This document shows, piece by piece, positions 36,710-48,700 of a stretch of 64,000 nt of DNA. Where the stretch lies: assembly GCA_036172245.1 (NCBI GenBank), contig JAYWIR010000013.1:124001-188000 (forward strand), in the 5' to 3' direction. Below the pieces are notes generated by a model. The model worked only from the letters and a program-made list of their open reading frames with translations, had not been told where the DNA came from and ran no database searches. This stretch comes from Raillietiella orientalis. Lineage: Eukaryota. The position numbers were made by a program, and so were the translations under genes. Position 1 is the stretch's first letter. Each line of letters starts with the position of its first letter.

Positions 36710-39700
36710 ATGATGAGGACCAGCCGGTCCGAGTGCCGCCGCCTCATCCCGCTGTGGTGAGTCTTTCTGGGCTGTCGGGAGGAACTGCGAGATTGAGCAG
36801 AGCAGGGAGGGAGGGAGGGAGCGGAGGCTGTGCCCTGCTTAGACCGATGCTGCTCACTCTGGGCGAAGTGTCTTTCGTCAGTCGATCCGTCGCAAACTGA
36901 AGGTGGCACGCGAGGGAGGGGGTGTGACCTGGAGAAGGAAGGTGCGTCCCTAGGGGTTCCGGAGTATGGAGTTCTCGTTCTTGTCGCGTCCGGAGGGTCT
37001 CCTCCCGAGTTCCCATGATCCCACGACCGAGAACTGTGCGCTGGGAGGTAGGGCAAAGAAATGAAGGTAACTGGAGGGGGAGAGGTCACGCTCCCTCAGA
37101 AGGAATCAGAAAGACGGAAACATTTCGATCTAGGAGATCAAGGAAAGCTGCGCCGCTAGTCTTCTTCCTCCCTCTCTCCTCCGTTTGCAGCCTGCAGGTG
37201 TCAGGGAAGAGGAGAAGGAATGAATAAGAGAAAAGGAGGGAAGAAAGTAGAAGGATTCCCCGGGATTCCGGAGCTGCTTTCGTTCTTCGAACCGGCCGAA
37301 CTCTTCCGGATTAGCCAACTCGGAAGGCCCCTTGACCCTTGACCCCAAAACCCTGGAGAGGTCCGTTCGTTTGAAGGACATTTGTAGTACCTCACAAACG
37401 CAAGTGCACAAGAGAGACGAGTGGGGTGGAACGGGTGCTCGACCTGAAGCAACTTTTTTTTCTGCCCTACAACTATAGACCAACACCCTCCCTTCGCATT
37501 AAACCTGCCGCGGTCTACCCGCTTCACCCCACCTCCCTCCTCACCCACTCTTTTGACCCTTTATCCTCTCCGCCTTCATGGGCATCCTTGCAGAGGGTGC
37601 GCCCTCTGCAAGGATGCAATCTGGTGGCTCGCCCGGCCACCAGATTTTCTTTCTTGCAAGGAGGCCATCAAGGGACAGAAGAAAGTAGTGGGGTGAGGTG
37701 GGGACGCAGGGAAGGCGAGATACCAATTAACGGGGAGCAAAAGAAGAAGCATCATCTTTCTCTTCACCTCACACCCACGCGTTCCTTCGCCCCCCATTAA
37801 AGAAGTTCCCTAATGGAGGAGTGAGCTACCACATGGCGCTCCTTCCTCGTGGAACTCCCTTACTTCTCCTACTCACCCGGGGCAGAAGGTATTTCCCATG
37901 AGTAGTTGTCGTCTCTGAATTTCCATCTCTTTGATTTCTGGAGAAGCGACGTTTCGGTCGATTCTCCAGAGATGACTTGCATCCTGGAATTCCGTGAAGA
38001 GCACTGCCATTCCTTGTTTGAGGGGTGGGGGAGGAGTCCTAGAGGGAGCTTCTTTAGCCTTTTGCTCCAGATAGGTCCACTCCTGACCTATGCACATGCA
38101 GATCTGCTTTCATCAATTCCGTGCCGTTGTCAGGGATCGAAAGTGGGGACAAGACCATCCTCCGAGAGTGATCTTTCGATCCGTTGATCGTAGGAGTGAT
38201 CTCCTTTGCTAACCTTCCTTCCCACCCGCCAAAGGAAAACAAAACAAGGCGAACGGAAAGGAAATCCGAAAAAACGTGGCTTGGGTTACCCTTGGAAACC
38301 CCGACTTCCTTCTCTTCTCATATATGCGCTTCTTTCCTCCAGCTCTGGGAAGAACGTGGCACCCGCTGCTTTGTCTCAGCCAGGACAAAAGGCTGGTGCT
38401 CCCAGGGGGAAGCCGTGTGTGGATCACGCTGCTCTTCTACGCGGATGGGAGATCACCTTGGAGACACGATCTATCCGATTTCAGATTGTTTTCCAGTACA
38501 ACCACAGCCATGCAAGCAAGCAGCGGTGGTGGGGTAAGGTCGCATCTCTGCTTCCCAGTACCCTTTAGGTCTTTGTGAAGCGATAATCGTTCCCTGTTGG
38601 GAAAGTGGATGCTTGGATTGACGAGACAGTAGATGCTTTCTTTGATGGATCGGAGATTCGGTTGCCTTCGATGTGGAAGCTGTCCGGTGGATGTCTGGTC
38701 TCGGTTTCTTGAGGTCCCAGCCAGGCTGCTCTTCCTTGTTTTCCCTGCGGGAAAAATTACATTTTTGCATCTCCCTCTTGGGTTTGGGATGCCACTAAGG
38801 ATTGGTGTACACGCGGAACACCCGGAAACCGTCCGCCCACCATTTGTCTTTCGCTCGCATCCCACCTCAGCTTCACCTCTCCCTCCAAGGCTACGCCATT
38901 CGTTCTGGCTCCATCACGGGAGGTCGCTCATGCCTGACGGGCCGAGGAAACTCCAGCCTCGAACCCAGGCGTCGTCCAGACTTCGGTCTCTTCCATGAGG
39001 AGAGCTGCAGGGAAGCCGGAACTTCCACTTCCTAGGGAGTAAGTCTTGAGAAATTGATGAGAGTGATGGTGATTAGTAGGGTGATGAAGATTTTGATCGA
39101 TGAGGTGGGTTGGTGGTGTAGATTACTGTTGATGGTTTTTGCGATTAGTTTGATAGAGTTTGCGATGATGAGCTTGGAAATTGTCGGTAGAAGTCACAGG
39201 GTGTATGAGATGAGTAAGATGATGGTGCTTGAGGTAGTGATATGTCATGGTGATGTTATGGTGAATGGGTCGAATGGGGTGAAGATGGAGTTTATCATGA
39301 TCATTTGGTATTTAGAAAACTTTGATATTTAGAGAACTTCCCTGACTGTTCGCACAGAACGCGTTCCTCCTTTGCCAACGTTTCCCTCCTGAACCCAGTC
39401 CGCCTCCCGCCGACGCTCAGCGATACCATCTCTTCCGGTCACCACGACCACTGGCTGTTGCCACCACTCTTCCTCCGTTCTCGGCGTGGTGGATCCGCGG
39501 ATCCTCGTCCTCCTCGTAAAAGGCGTGATAAAGCAAAGACAGGGGCGTCCGATATTCCGCCGCAAAATGCCGGAAGTTTCCTCCTCCATCCCGGTCTCTA
39601 ACTCCTGGTTTGTTCTGCAGGTTGTGGATGTGCGCGGCGAGCCGGCTGAGATGCTCCCTCCAGGAATACGGGAAGGTAAGACGACGAGAAGGAGCGTCCT

Positions 39701-42700
39701 CCTGCGGGAGTCACGATGCCTCCTGGGGATGGGGAGAGAATGGAAGAGGGTTTGCAGTGTGAAAGCCGCATGAGACCACCCTTCTCTATTCCACTCTGGG
39801 CGCACACGGTTGAGCAGTGCTGTCGGCAAGAGCGGATCGATCAGGCGTAGTCCATAACCCGATGGCTTGAGGATCGCGCTCTAGTATTCGATCCTTCACG
39901 TCTGGAGTCGTGGTGGGTGCGGTTCCTTCCTACTTGGATCCTGCTCCAGGAAGAAGTCTCGGAGGTTTTCCCTGGAAAGGAGGAAGTCGCCGAGGCAGCC
40001 AGTGGTCAAGGATAGGAGAGGAGGGGGAGAAAGAACCATTCCTCCTGTTCCGGCTTCCTCAGAGGGGTAGGATACAGGAGGAGAGGGAGAGGTTCTGGAG
40101 AAATTTTCGGAAAGTGAGGAGGGGAACAAGGGCTTACTGGAGGAGAATCGCAGCCTCCTCGCCCTACCCTCCAAGTGAGCCAAAACGGGAAGCAGCGGGT
40201 CGCCTTATGCGCGTTCGAGGTCGAGAGGAAGTCGATGGCCAGGAGGCAGACTGATAAAGCGGAACGCAGGAGGACAACGAGTGGAGAGGGGAAAATTCGG
40301 ATGTACGAGGAGCGTGTGGAGAGGCGTCCGTACATAAAGTGTTTCTGTCCCTGGAAACGTCCGCCCCCTCACTGGACTCAGGTTGAACAGCTTGCACTCA
40401 GTCTTTCGCATCCCATATCCGCCGTCGCTACGGGAACCTCATCTTCAAGAAGTCGAGTAAATAGCTTTATGAGGAAGAGGGGCGAGGATAGGGTGCGCGG
40501 TGCCAGAGGTTTTCTTCTCGCGATGCTCAGCTTCGGAGGTTCTCCTTGTCCGGCGATAGGAAGATCAACAACGAAAGGAGGATCGCGACGGCAGTGGGAG
40601 CAAGGAGATCGTTTCGCTTCCTCTTTACGTTTCCTTGGAACATCCCCGAGACCCTCCTCACCTCCTTGCCAGTTTCCTCCCAATTGAGTGGAAGGACAAT
40701 CTTCCAACGCTCCCCAAAATCGGATGGAGCGGCCACCTCGGTGGTGCTTGAAAAATCCAGGGCCAGCTGGAGAAGCGCTGGAGATGGCTGCTCCATCCGA
40801 GGTACCGTTCCTAAGGCAACAGGCTTTCCGGCTGCGAACGCTTTTGCGCAGGGAGGGGGAATCCAGGATGGACCTCGGTACTCCAGCTAATTGGGATGCG
40901 CATCCACTCCCATACCTGAAGACGGAGTTCCCTCTGTTCTTCCTGGGGTGCCTATGCGTCAGGTAGCAGTCTGCACGCAGTTCCGTCCTAGAACGGGAAG
41001 GAGTTTACCTGTTGGGAGCTGACCATGCGCGCGGGTGTTCTCTTCCGAGGTCCTCAGTGCCGCCGAATTGGATGCATCGCTGGTTCTCCCTCGCGAAAAA
41101 ATTCTCACCGGGTCATCAGGTCATTGGCAGATGACTGACAGTTGCGTGGTCCATTTATGGTTCCTCATTTATGGTTTCCCCTCTTCTTCCTCTTCTGCTT
41201 CCTTCCGTGCAGCCCATCTCCCGCGCCACCTCCACTTCCGGTTCTCGCTCCTTGGATGGAAAGAAAAACAACTGCTGCAGTGGACCACCCCCTGTGGCTT
41301 CCCCTGTCTCGAGCACGCTGCTATTCGCCGGACGCTCGCTGGAACAACTCCCTCCTTGTACCAGAGAAGACGTGGCAGGCGGTTCCGCTGCCAGGTAGTC
41401 TGCGAACGTGGCTGGGGTCACTGCCGACCGCTGTGAATCCTGCCTTTCTCCCATTCTTGTTTCTCCCAATCCTGCCTTTCTCCGGAATCTTCCCATCCGA
41501 GAGGAATTCGCGTCCAGGGAACAAAGGGAGGGAAGGAGGGTGGAAGGGGGGACGGTGCTGGCGATCGGCGTCGACTGGAGGAGCTGCGCGCAGGACGCCA
41601 ACAGGGCGGCATCCTAGCCAGATCCCGTGATCTTCGCCGGCAAACGACGGACCTCCGACGAGGTCCTCCCTAGGGATCTAGTCACGAGCTCCCTGCGAGT
41701 TTGGACCGCTTGGGGCGGAAGGAGGGAAGAAGAGTAGTCAAGAAGCGTCTTCCCGGAACCCAGGCTGCCTCCATGTTTGCCTGTACACCTCGGGAGGCGG
41801 AGGTAAGAACATCATCAACGGCAAGAAGCGTCACGCCAGAAGAAAGGGGTCAGGATTGCTAGTCGCAGATGGAGATGACACGTTGCCTAGAAAACCCTTC
41901 TTGAAACGAACCATTGGCAACTTCTCTCCTCGCTCACTGCTGAAAGTCGTGGCCGACGATCTACAGGACGCAGGCTCTGCAAGTAGCACATGAACACCCT
42001 GGTCCTATCTTAATAAAGGTCCTCGGTTCACTTGCGATCCACAAAATCAGCATCCCACACGCTAGAATAGATGACGCAGAATACTGCGACTTTCGCTGCT
42101 TGACGGGACGCTTCCTTCCTCCTTCCCGGTTCAGTTCCCTAATCGACGACGCCGAGCGTCCAGGCCGAAAGCCACCATCCCTTCCACGAGTCCCATGCAG
42201 ATGGAGATTCCGATGACCATGAGAGCAACTATCTGGAGCGCAAAAGGCAAAAGGCACATGTTTTCCTCATCTTCCTTCGAGAAGAGGAGTTGCGGCGGAG
42301 ACCGCTGGTTCCTCTCCCGTCTGCTGAAGGCTCAAGCTTCGGGGTCTCGCCTGGGGCGGCACTCGCCTGCGCACTCCGAGGTCTTGCGAAGAAACTCCCC
42401 TTCTCTTCCTTCCCTCCCTACTACAGAGACATCTCCTGGCCGTCATTATAGAATCCTTGCTCTCTCGGAGAGGCGTTTCCGGGCTTGTGCGCGTTCGGAG
42501 GAGGAAGGCGCTAGGAGAGGGGGCGATAGAGGAAGAGCGCTTTAGACTCTCTATGAACTGGTGGAGCGAAAGAGGCACGGAAGGAGCGCGGGCTTCTCCT
42601 TGTTCCAGGTATCCAAGCAGCACCTCCTCGTAGACGCGGCGGTATCCGAGGAGTGGACTCCGTGGTCGGAGTGTTCCCGGAGCTGTGGCACTGGAGTTAG

Positions 42701-45700
42701 CACCCGGTGCCTCTTCTTCAAGGACAGGCTGCAGTGGAGGTGAGTTCTGGCCTAACTGGAGCCAAGGAGAAAGAGTCGGGTAGAGTAGCAGTGGATCCTC
42801 AGTCGGTCGGTCACCCTCGAACGCGTTGCAGGGGTGATCGCGTCTCTTCACCTCTGCGGGATGCCTACAGAGAACCGCTGCCTCTTGATCAGTGGTCAAT
42901 TTGGGTGCTTCTGGACCCGTTGCAGCTTTGCTCCATGAATTTGCAGATCAAGACGAGAAGACCCTTTGCTCCCACTTTCCGAGAAGCACCCGGTTGCGCA
43001 AGGGGTGGGGTTCGAATCAGGGGGAGATCCTCACCGAGGGTTCCGTGGTATCCGATCGCATCGTTGTCGTCTGTAGTGCTCTAGAAGATCGGAAATGCTG
43101 TGGTTTAGGCTGGGAGCGACACACGCTCATCCCTTCCAAGGTGGTGAGGCCTCGAAAGGTGGAGGTGAGCTCATCATCAACGGCAAGAGGCGTCACGGCA
43201 GAAGAAAGGGGTCAGGATTGCTAATCGCAGATGGGGATGGTACACTGCCTAGGAAACTCTTCTTGAAACGAACCATTGGCAACTTCTCTCCTCGCTCACT
43301 GCTGAAAGTCGTGGCCGACGATCTGCAGGACACAGGCTCTGCAAGTAGCACTCCCTGGTCCCATCTTATCGAAGCTCCTCGGTTCACTTGCGATCCAAGA
43401 AATCAGCATCCCATACGCTGGAATAGATGAGACAGAATGACTCCAGAATGACGACGAAGATCCAGGGCATATAGCGCAACTGGGAGAGCAGCCTTGCAAC
43501 TTCTCCGAGTGGTCTCCAAGGAGTGATCCACGGGTTGTTCAAGGAAAAGAAGCAATGGAGCCTCTTCAGTAGGGAGCACTACTTGGATTGATGAGGCAGT
43601 CCACGTAGTCTGCGGCAAGTTGTTGCGGCGTACGGCTAGAGTAAGGGACCGACGCAGCCAGCCGGTGATCTGGATGCTGGCGGTGTCCTTTGACGGCACA
43701 CCCTAGACATCTTCCACAATGTCAGGCAGAGGAAGACCGAAGCAGGCGATATCCCGCTCTCTGCACCGAAATTCCAGTAAGAAGACTTTGTGAAGCGGTC
43801 GACTTTTGTGAAGCTTCCTCTCCTCTGATGCGTATAGCTTCGCTTCATCTGCGCAGAGGCGAGACGTTAAAACAAAAAAACGTCGGCGCGAGGAACGTCT
43901 GAGAGTCTAGTGGCGACCACGCCCAGAAATCGCTTCTGAAAGCAGCAACTATGGACGTTCCGATTCCGAACCGGGTACAGATGAAGCTGCTGTGAATACG
44001 CCGGCGCAGCACACGTGCTTCACGTGAACGCAGCCTTTCAGGCCGACCAGGAAGGCCATCAGAGAGAGCGACATGGAAGCAGATGGATGAGAAGGAAACG
44101 GGCAGATAAGAGGTCGAAATCGGGAGAAGATTAGACGCGTTCTTGAAAAAGGCGGCCCTCTCTGGGACAACCCTACTCTCTGTCTTGAAAGTCTTCTTCC
44201 ACTATTAGCTCTTGGTGTCCAGGTGAACTGCAGACAATTCAAAGCTTCCGGAATCGATGCCCTGCACAGGTTCAGGAGGTTGAGTGATTAATCACTCCTC
44301 ATCATGTTTGATCTCCTGATCCCTGCCAGCTTTACGACTGAAGGGACTGCGGTCGCGTGCGGAGGTCAAGATAGAAGAAAGTTTTCCTTGCAGCATATCT
44401 CCAGCAAGGCGTGCTGGTGCGGAGGCTCGTCACTTCTCTGATCGTGGGATAAGGTGTGCGGGGGAGCATTCATCCTGCCGTGGATGAAAGGGGGAAGAAG
44501 GAAGGGGAGCCCAAGAAAGGGATCTGTGCTTTTATTTGAGCTTCGGAGAACCACAGGGGCAAGTCCGCGGCTGCTCGCAATAGTCCGCAGCACTATTTCC
44601 ACTTTCTTTAGCCTACAAGGAGTTCTGCTTCCCGTCAAATTTTCTCGGGACCCGATTTTAATTTCTCCCTACACAGGATACTGCTTTTACCAAAACAATG
44701 ATGATGGATGGCCTACACCTCGTCAGAAACTCTTCCGGATCGCATGAGACCACACCTCCCCTTCTCTCATAGGTCCTATGAGATGAGAAAAGAGCTTTCG
44801 CCTCCAGTGGACAGGAGATGTTTCCATATTCTTAAAAGAAAGACATCTGAATATGGAATCCGTCCTTTCTTCAAGGTTTCGCTTCCACGGATACCCCTGG
44901 CTCTCGGTTTCTAAGCAATCTGTTCCTATGGGGACGCTCCTTCGAAACATTCCCTAGCAGCGATTTCGACAAAGAGGAATTGACGAGCCTTCAGAAGCGG
45001 AGGCTGTTCTCCTTGGCATCGGCCCCCTCTTTCTGTCTTAAGGATCGCGAAACTTTTACCTCTCCCCAAGTTTGTCCAGGTCCTGGAGGCGAAGTGTGGC
45101 TGCACCAGATGGAATGCGCGAGATCGCAGACCGTTCTGGTGGGTTTTCCAGAACGAGATACGCGCTCTTTCCCGCTCCGATTCCAAGAGTGGACATCGGA
45201 CACTAAGTACGCTGACGTTTTTGAGGTCAGCCGAGATTCTGAGCAACTGCCGTCCACGGGCTCATTATGGGTTCATCAGAGACTCTCCGAGTCAGGTTCG
45301 CCAGGTGGGTGAGAGCATTAAAAGAGTCTCTTTTCCAGGAGCAACATCTCCGACGGGAACCTCCTTCTTGAGCGTCACCGAATGTGGCAGCACGGCACTG
45401 TGGCGCACACTTGTAACGGGCACAGGACTGAATACCGTCTGTGCAACACCAAGGTGGGTTGCGTTCGCATTCTTTCTCAGTTTGACGTTGGAGGTTGAGG
45501 ACGCACGAAGCAAAGAGCGGCTGAGGAGAGGGGGTTGCGTCAACGAGCTTCCAAGGATCCATTCTTCTCAGCAAGTCATAGATCAAAGGCTGGCTAGACT
45601 GCGCACGCAAGTCTCCGTCTAAAATGACCTTCGCAAAAGAAGAGCGAACGGCCTTCTTTTGAGCAGAGAAGCTTCCAGGATATGGTGTTTCAAGGGTTTC

Positions 45701-48700
45701 CTTTCCAAAACGACTACTCCTTGGTGTCCCTGCTCCAAGAGCCTTTTTTCTTGGGAGAGGAAGAAAGGGATCCGAATGACAGGAAAACATAATTCCATTC
45801 TTGCTGACCCTCTGCTTACCGAAAAACCACTTTTGAGGAATGTTCCAACGCATCAGGATGCAAGAAAACCAACCTTCTTCAGGAGGATCGAGATGGCTTG
45901 CAGTTTCCCTTTCATGAACCGAGAACTATGACCACATTGGGTTTTCTCGGACTTATGCTCGCCTTCAACCAGGATGAAACGGCACACCGAGACGGGAAGA
46001 GGTTGCTGACGTTGGGACTGGAGCGCTCGTTTCGCTCAGTTCGGATGCGCGCCCGCGGAGGGCGTAAGAGTTCCAAAAACCAGAGGACGCGTTCCCCGCT
46101 GCACAGAAAACGAAAGTGTCCCACTACCAGGGTTTCCGTCGCTGTCCGGAAAAGAAGTCGCAGCTGCTCCAGAAGCTTCGCAAAAGAGGCTGAGAATGAA
46201 GTGCTTCTTCTCGCTTTTTTGGGACTGTGTAAAAGAATAGTCGTCTATAGGGACACGGTCACTTCCTGCGCAGTTCTGGGGCATTTTTCGTCTGGGAGCC
46301 GGGAGTCGCCCACTGAGCAGATGGAAGAAGGCAGGGAAGCAGGGAAGGGGCGGAGACGGAGGAGGATGCGGGGCAGGGGATAGGCAGCTTAGTAGCAGGC
46401 TTTCGCATGCAGGAGCCACAGAGGGTGGGGCCACCATCACGGCGTCTCCACTTGTTGTCTCCACCACTTTTGAAAGACCATTCTCCAACAAAGAGCTTGT
46501 CCTCCTGGAAATCTAATGGTTCCTCCCTTGGTGCGCTCCCCATTCGATGGTCTTTTTTATTAGGAGGGGTCCAAGAGAAACCAAGAGAGACGCTCTTCAA
46601 GAATCTCTAGCAGTCGTGAGGGATGCTCTTCAAGGACTTCAGGTGGTTTCCTGGGGGTACCTTTCTGTGTGAGTCGTGGAGCATGTCTTCCGGTGACCCC
46701 TGCAGGGTGCCTTTGAACGATCCCTGGAAACTTCTAGGGGATGCTTCCAGCGAATCAAAGGAGCTGTGAGAGACGCGCATTCCAAAGAACGCAAAGCCAA
46801 GAAGCCTCAGAGCGTGATATCACGCTTGCAGGTGCCGCAGCTCGTGCTGCTCCGAAGCGAACCAGCTCTTCAAGCAGCATCCTGAGCGCGATTCGGTAGA
46901 TTCGCGGTCAAGTTCGTGCAGGAGGCAGCTTGCAGAGATCGCACACCTGGTCGAGAAACGATGCACATCTTCCCTAGGGGGTCTGTATCTCGGTCTGACT
47001 GGTCGGTTCCCTACCCCCTACCCCTTGAAATTTCGTGCCGGTTGTCCGCCGTCAACATCTGTCCACGTCACTCTCCGGGCCTCTTGAGGGCATCGGCGCG
47101 ACTTTGAGAGTGGCTTCGCCCCACCTGATGCTTGCCACAGAGGTGGTCCGCTTTCGCGTCTCGAAACGAACCTGTGGAAGAGGCGGAAGGCGCGCTGTGC
47201 GGGGACGCAACTGTCCGTTCTCATCCCTTCCGAGGGTCAAAAGCACTCCGGGAAAGAGAGCACCTGCTCTCTTCCTTGGGGGAAGAGAAGGGTGGGAGAT
47301 GCATGATGAAGGTGGTTAGCGTGGCAAGGGAGATGGGAGCGGCGCTGCGCGCTTCTCTGCTCAGGGGGACATCGGACGCTGCATGATCCATCCCAGGAAG
47401 TCGATCCCGGATCCAGCCCCCGCAACGGCAGGGTAGGGGGGGAGTCGTGCAAACCTACCCGCGGACGCAGAGTCCGTCTCCTCCTCAATCTGGAGAAAGA
47501 GGGGAGAATGGAGAACCTTCTCTTCGGGAAAGTTCGTTCAGCCTGAGCGCACATTCTCCTTGTCTTTTGCAGCCTTGTCCGGGGACCTACTCGAACTTCC
47601 GCCGGGAGCAGTGCCGGACTCTGGACGAGAAAGTGTTCATGGGGAGGCAGTACCGTTGGGAACCCTACGAGACTGGTGAGCAGGGAGGCAAGCGAAGGAG
47701 CTTTCAAACGAACAGGGGTCTCCCATGAAGGTGTCAGCGCGTGCGCTCTGCTCTGCCAAGCTGTCGGCACCTCGTTCTACACGACAAACAGGAGGGAGGT
47801 TATCGACGGCACCCTGTGCTACGAGCATAGTGAGGACTGGATATGTATCCGAGGACGCTGTGAGGTTTGTTTCCCGGGGGAAGTAACTAGTCCCCATGTC
47901 CCATGGGGACGTTCTGTCCTGCTTCGCCCGAGACATGCGGACCGGTCGCTGGAGCTTTGCGCCAGGAGAAGGGGCTTCTCAGGGAGCGGAAGGACAGAAG
48001 GAGATTTTTGTTTTCCGCGATCCCTGGAGGCGACCTCCCTACAGGTGCAGACCGAGGGAAAGCAGATATTAGACGTTCGCAGAACTGCGTGTGCTGACCG
48101 GGGACGCGTGCGCCCTGCGACTTGTACCGCGCGTATCAGTCTGCGGCACGTGGCCGGAAACACGCTGTGGCGCGAGTTGGAGACAGAATGCCCCGAAGCA
48201 CGAAAATCCACTCCGAGATGCCCCGAAGGGACAGACCGATGTCTTCTGGGATGGGAGTGGAGCGCGGCTCCAGAGTCGGAACAACCCTTGGGCTGGGCGG
48301 CGGGTGGAGCAAGTTTTCCTAGTGGCCCACGTGGATGCTCAATCGGAAGCGGAAGGGAAAAAAAAAAAAAACTGATCTAAGTAGGACAAAAGAAAGACGA
48401 GCAGGGACCCTTCGGGTTCTTCCATTCCCCTTCGTTCCTACCTGCCGCTCCTCCTACGTGGGGAATGTCACCTATGCGCAGGCGCGCGCGCTTGTCCCGG
48501 AGTGGTTTTCCCTTCGAATGCTGCCCTCGACATGCAAAGGTCAGTCGGTCCGCAGAAGGAGATCTCGAATCTTTACTCCAGGAGATCGTGCAGGTGCTTC
48601 GGGAGAAACGATGTGCCTTTCCGCATTTCTGTGCACCTCCCGAACTAGTCAGCGTCCAAGGACAAGTCCGGTTTCGGTTGAATCTGCTCTTCTGCGCTTC

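Noticed and set aside
41142..41400. Alternative signal-peptide exon (MVPHLWFPLFFLFCFLPC)
   Set aside because: Hydrophobicity comes from a pyrimidine tract, and the available donor is out of phase with the TSP1 exon.
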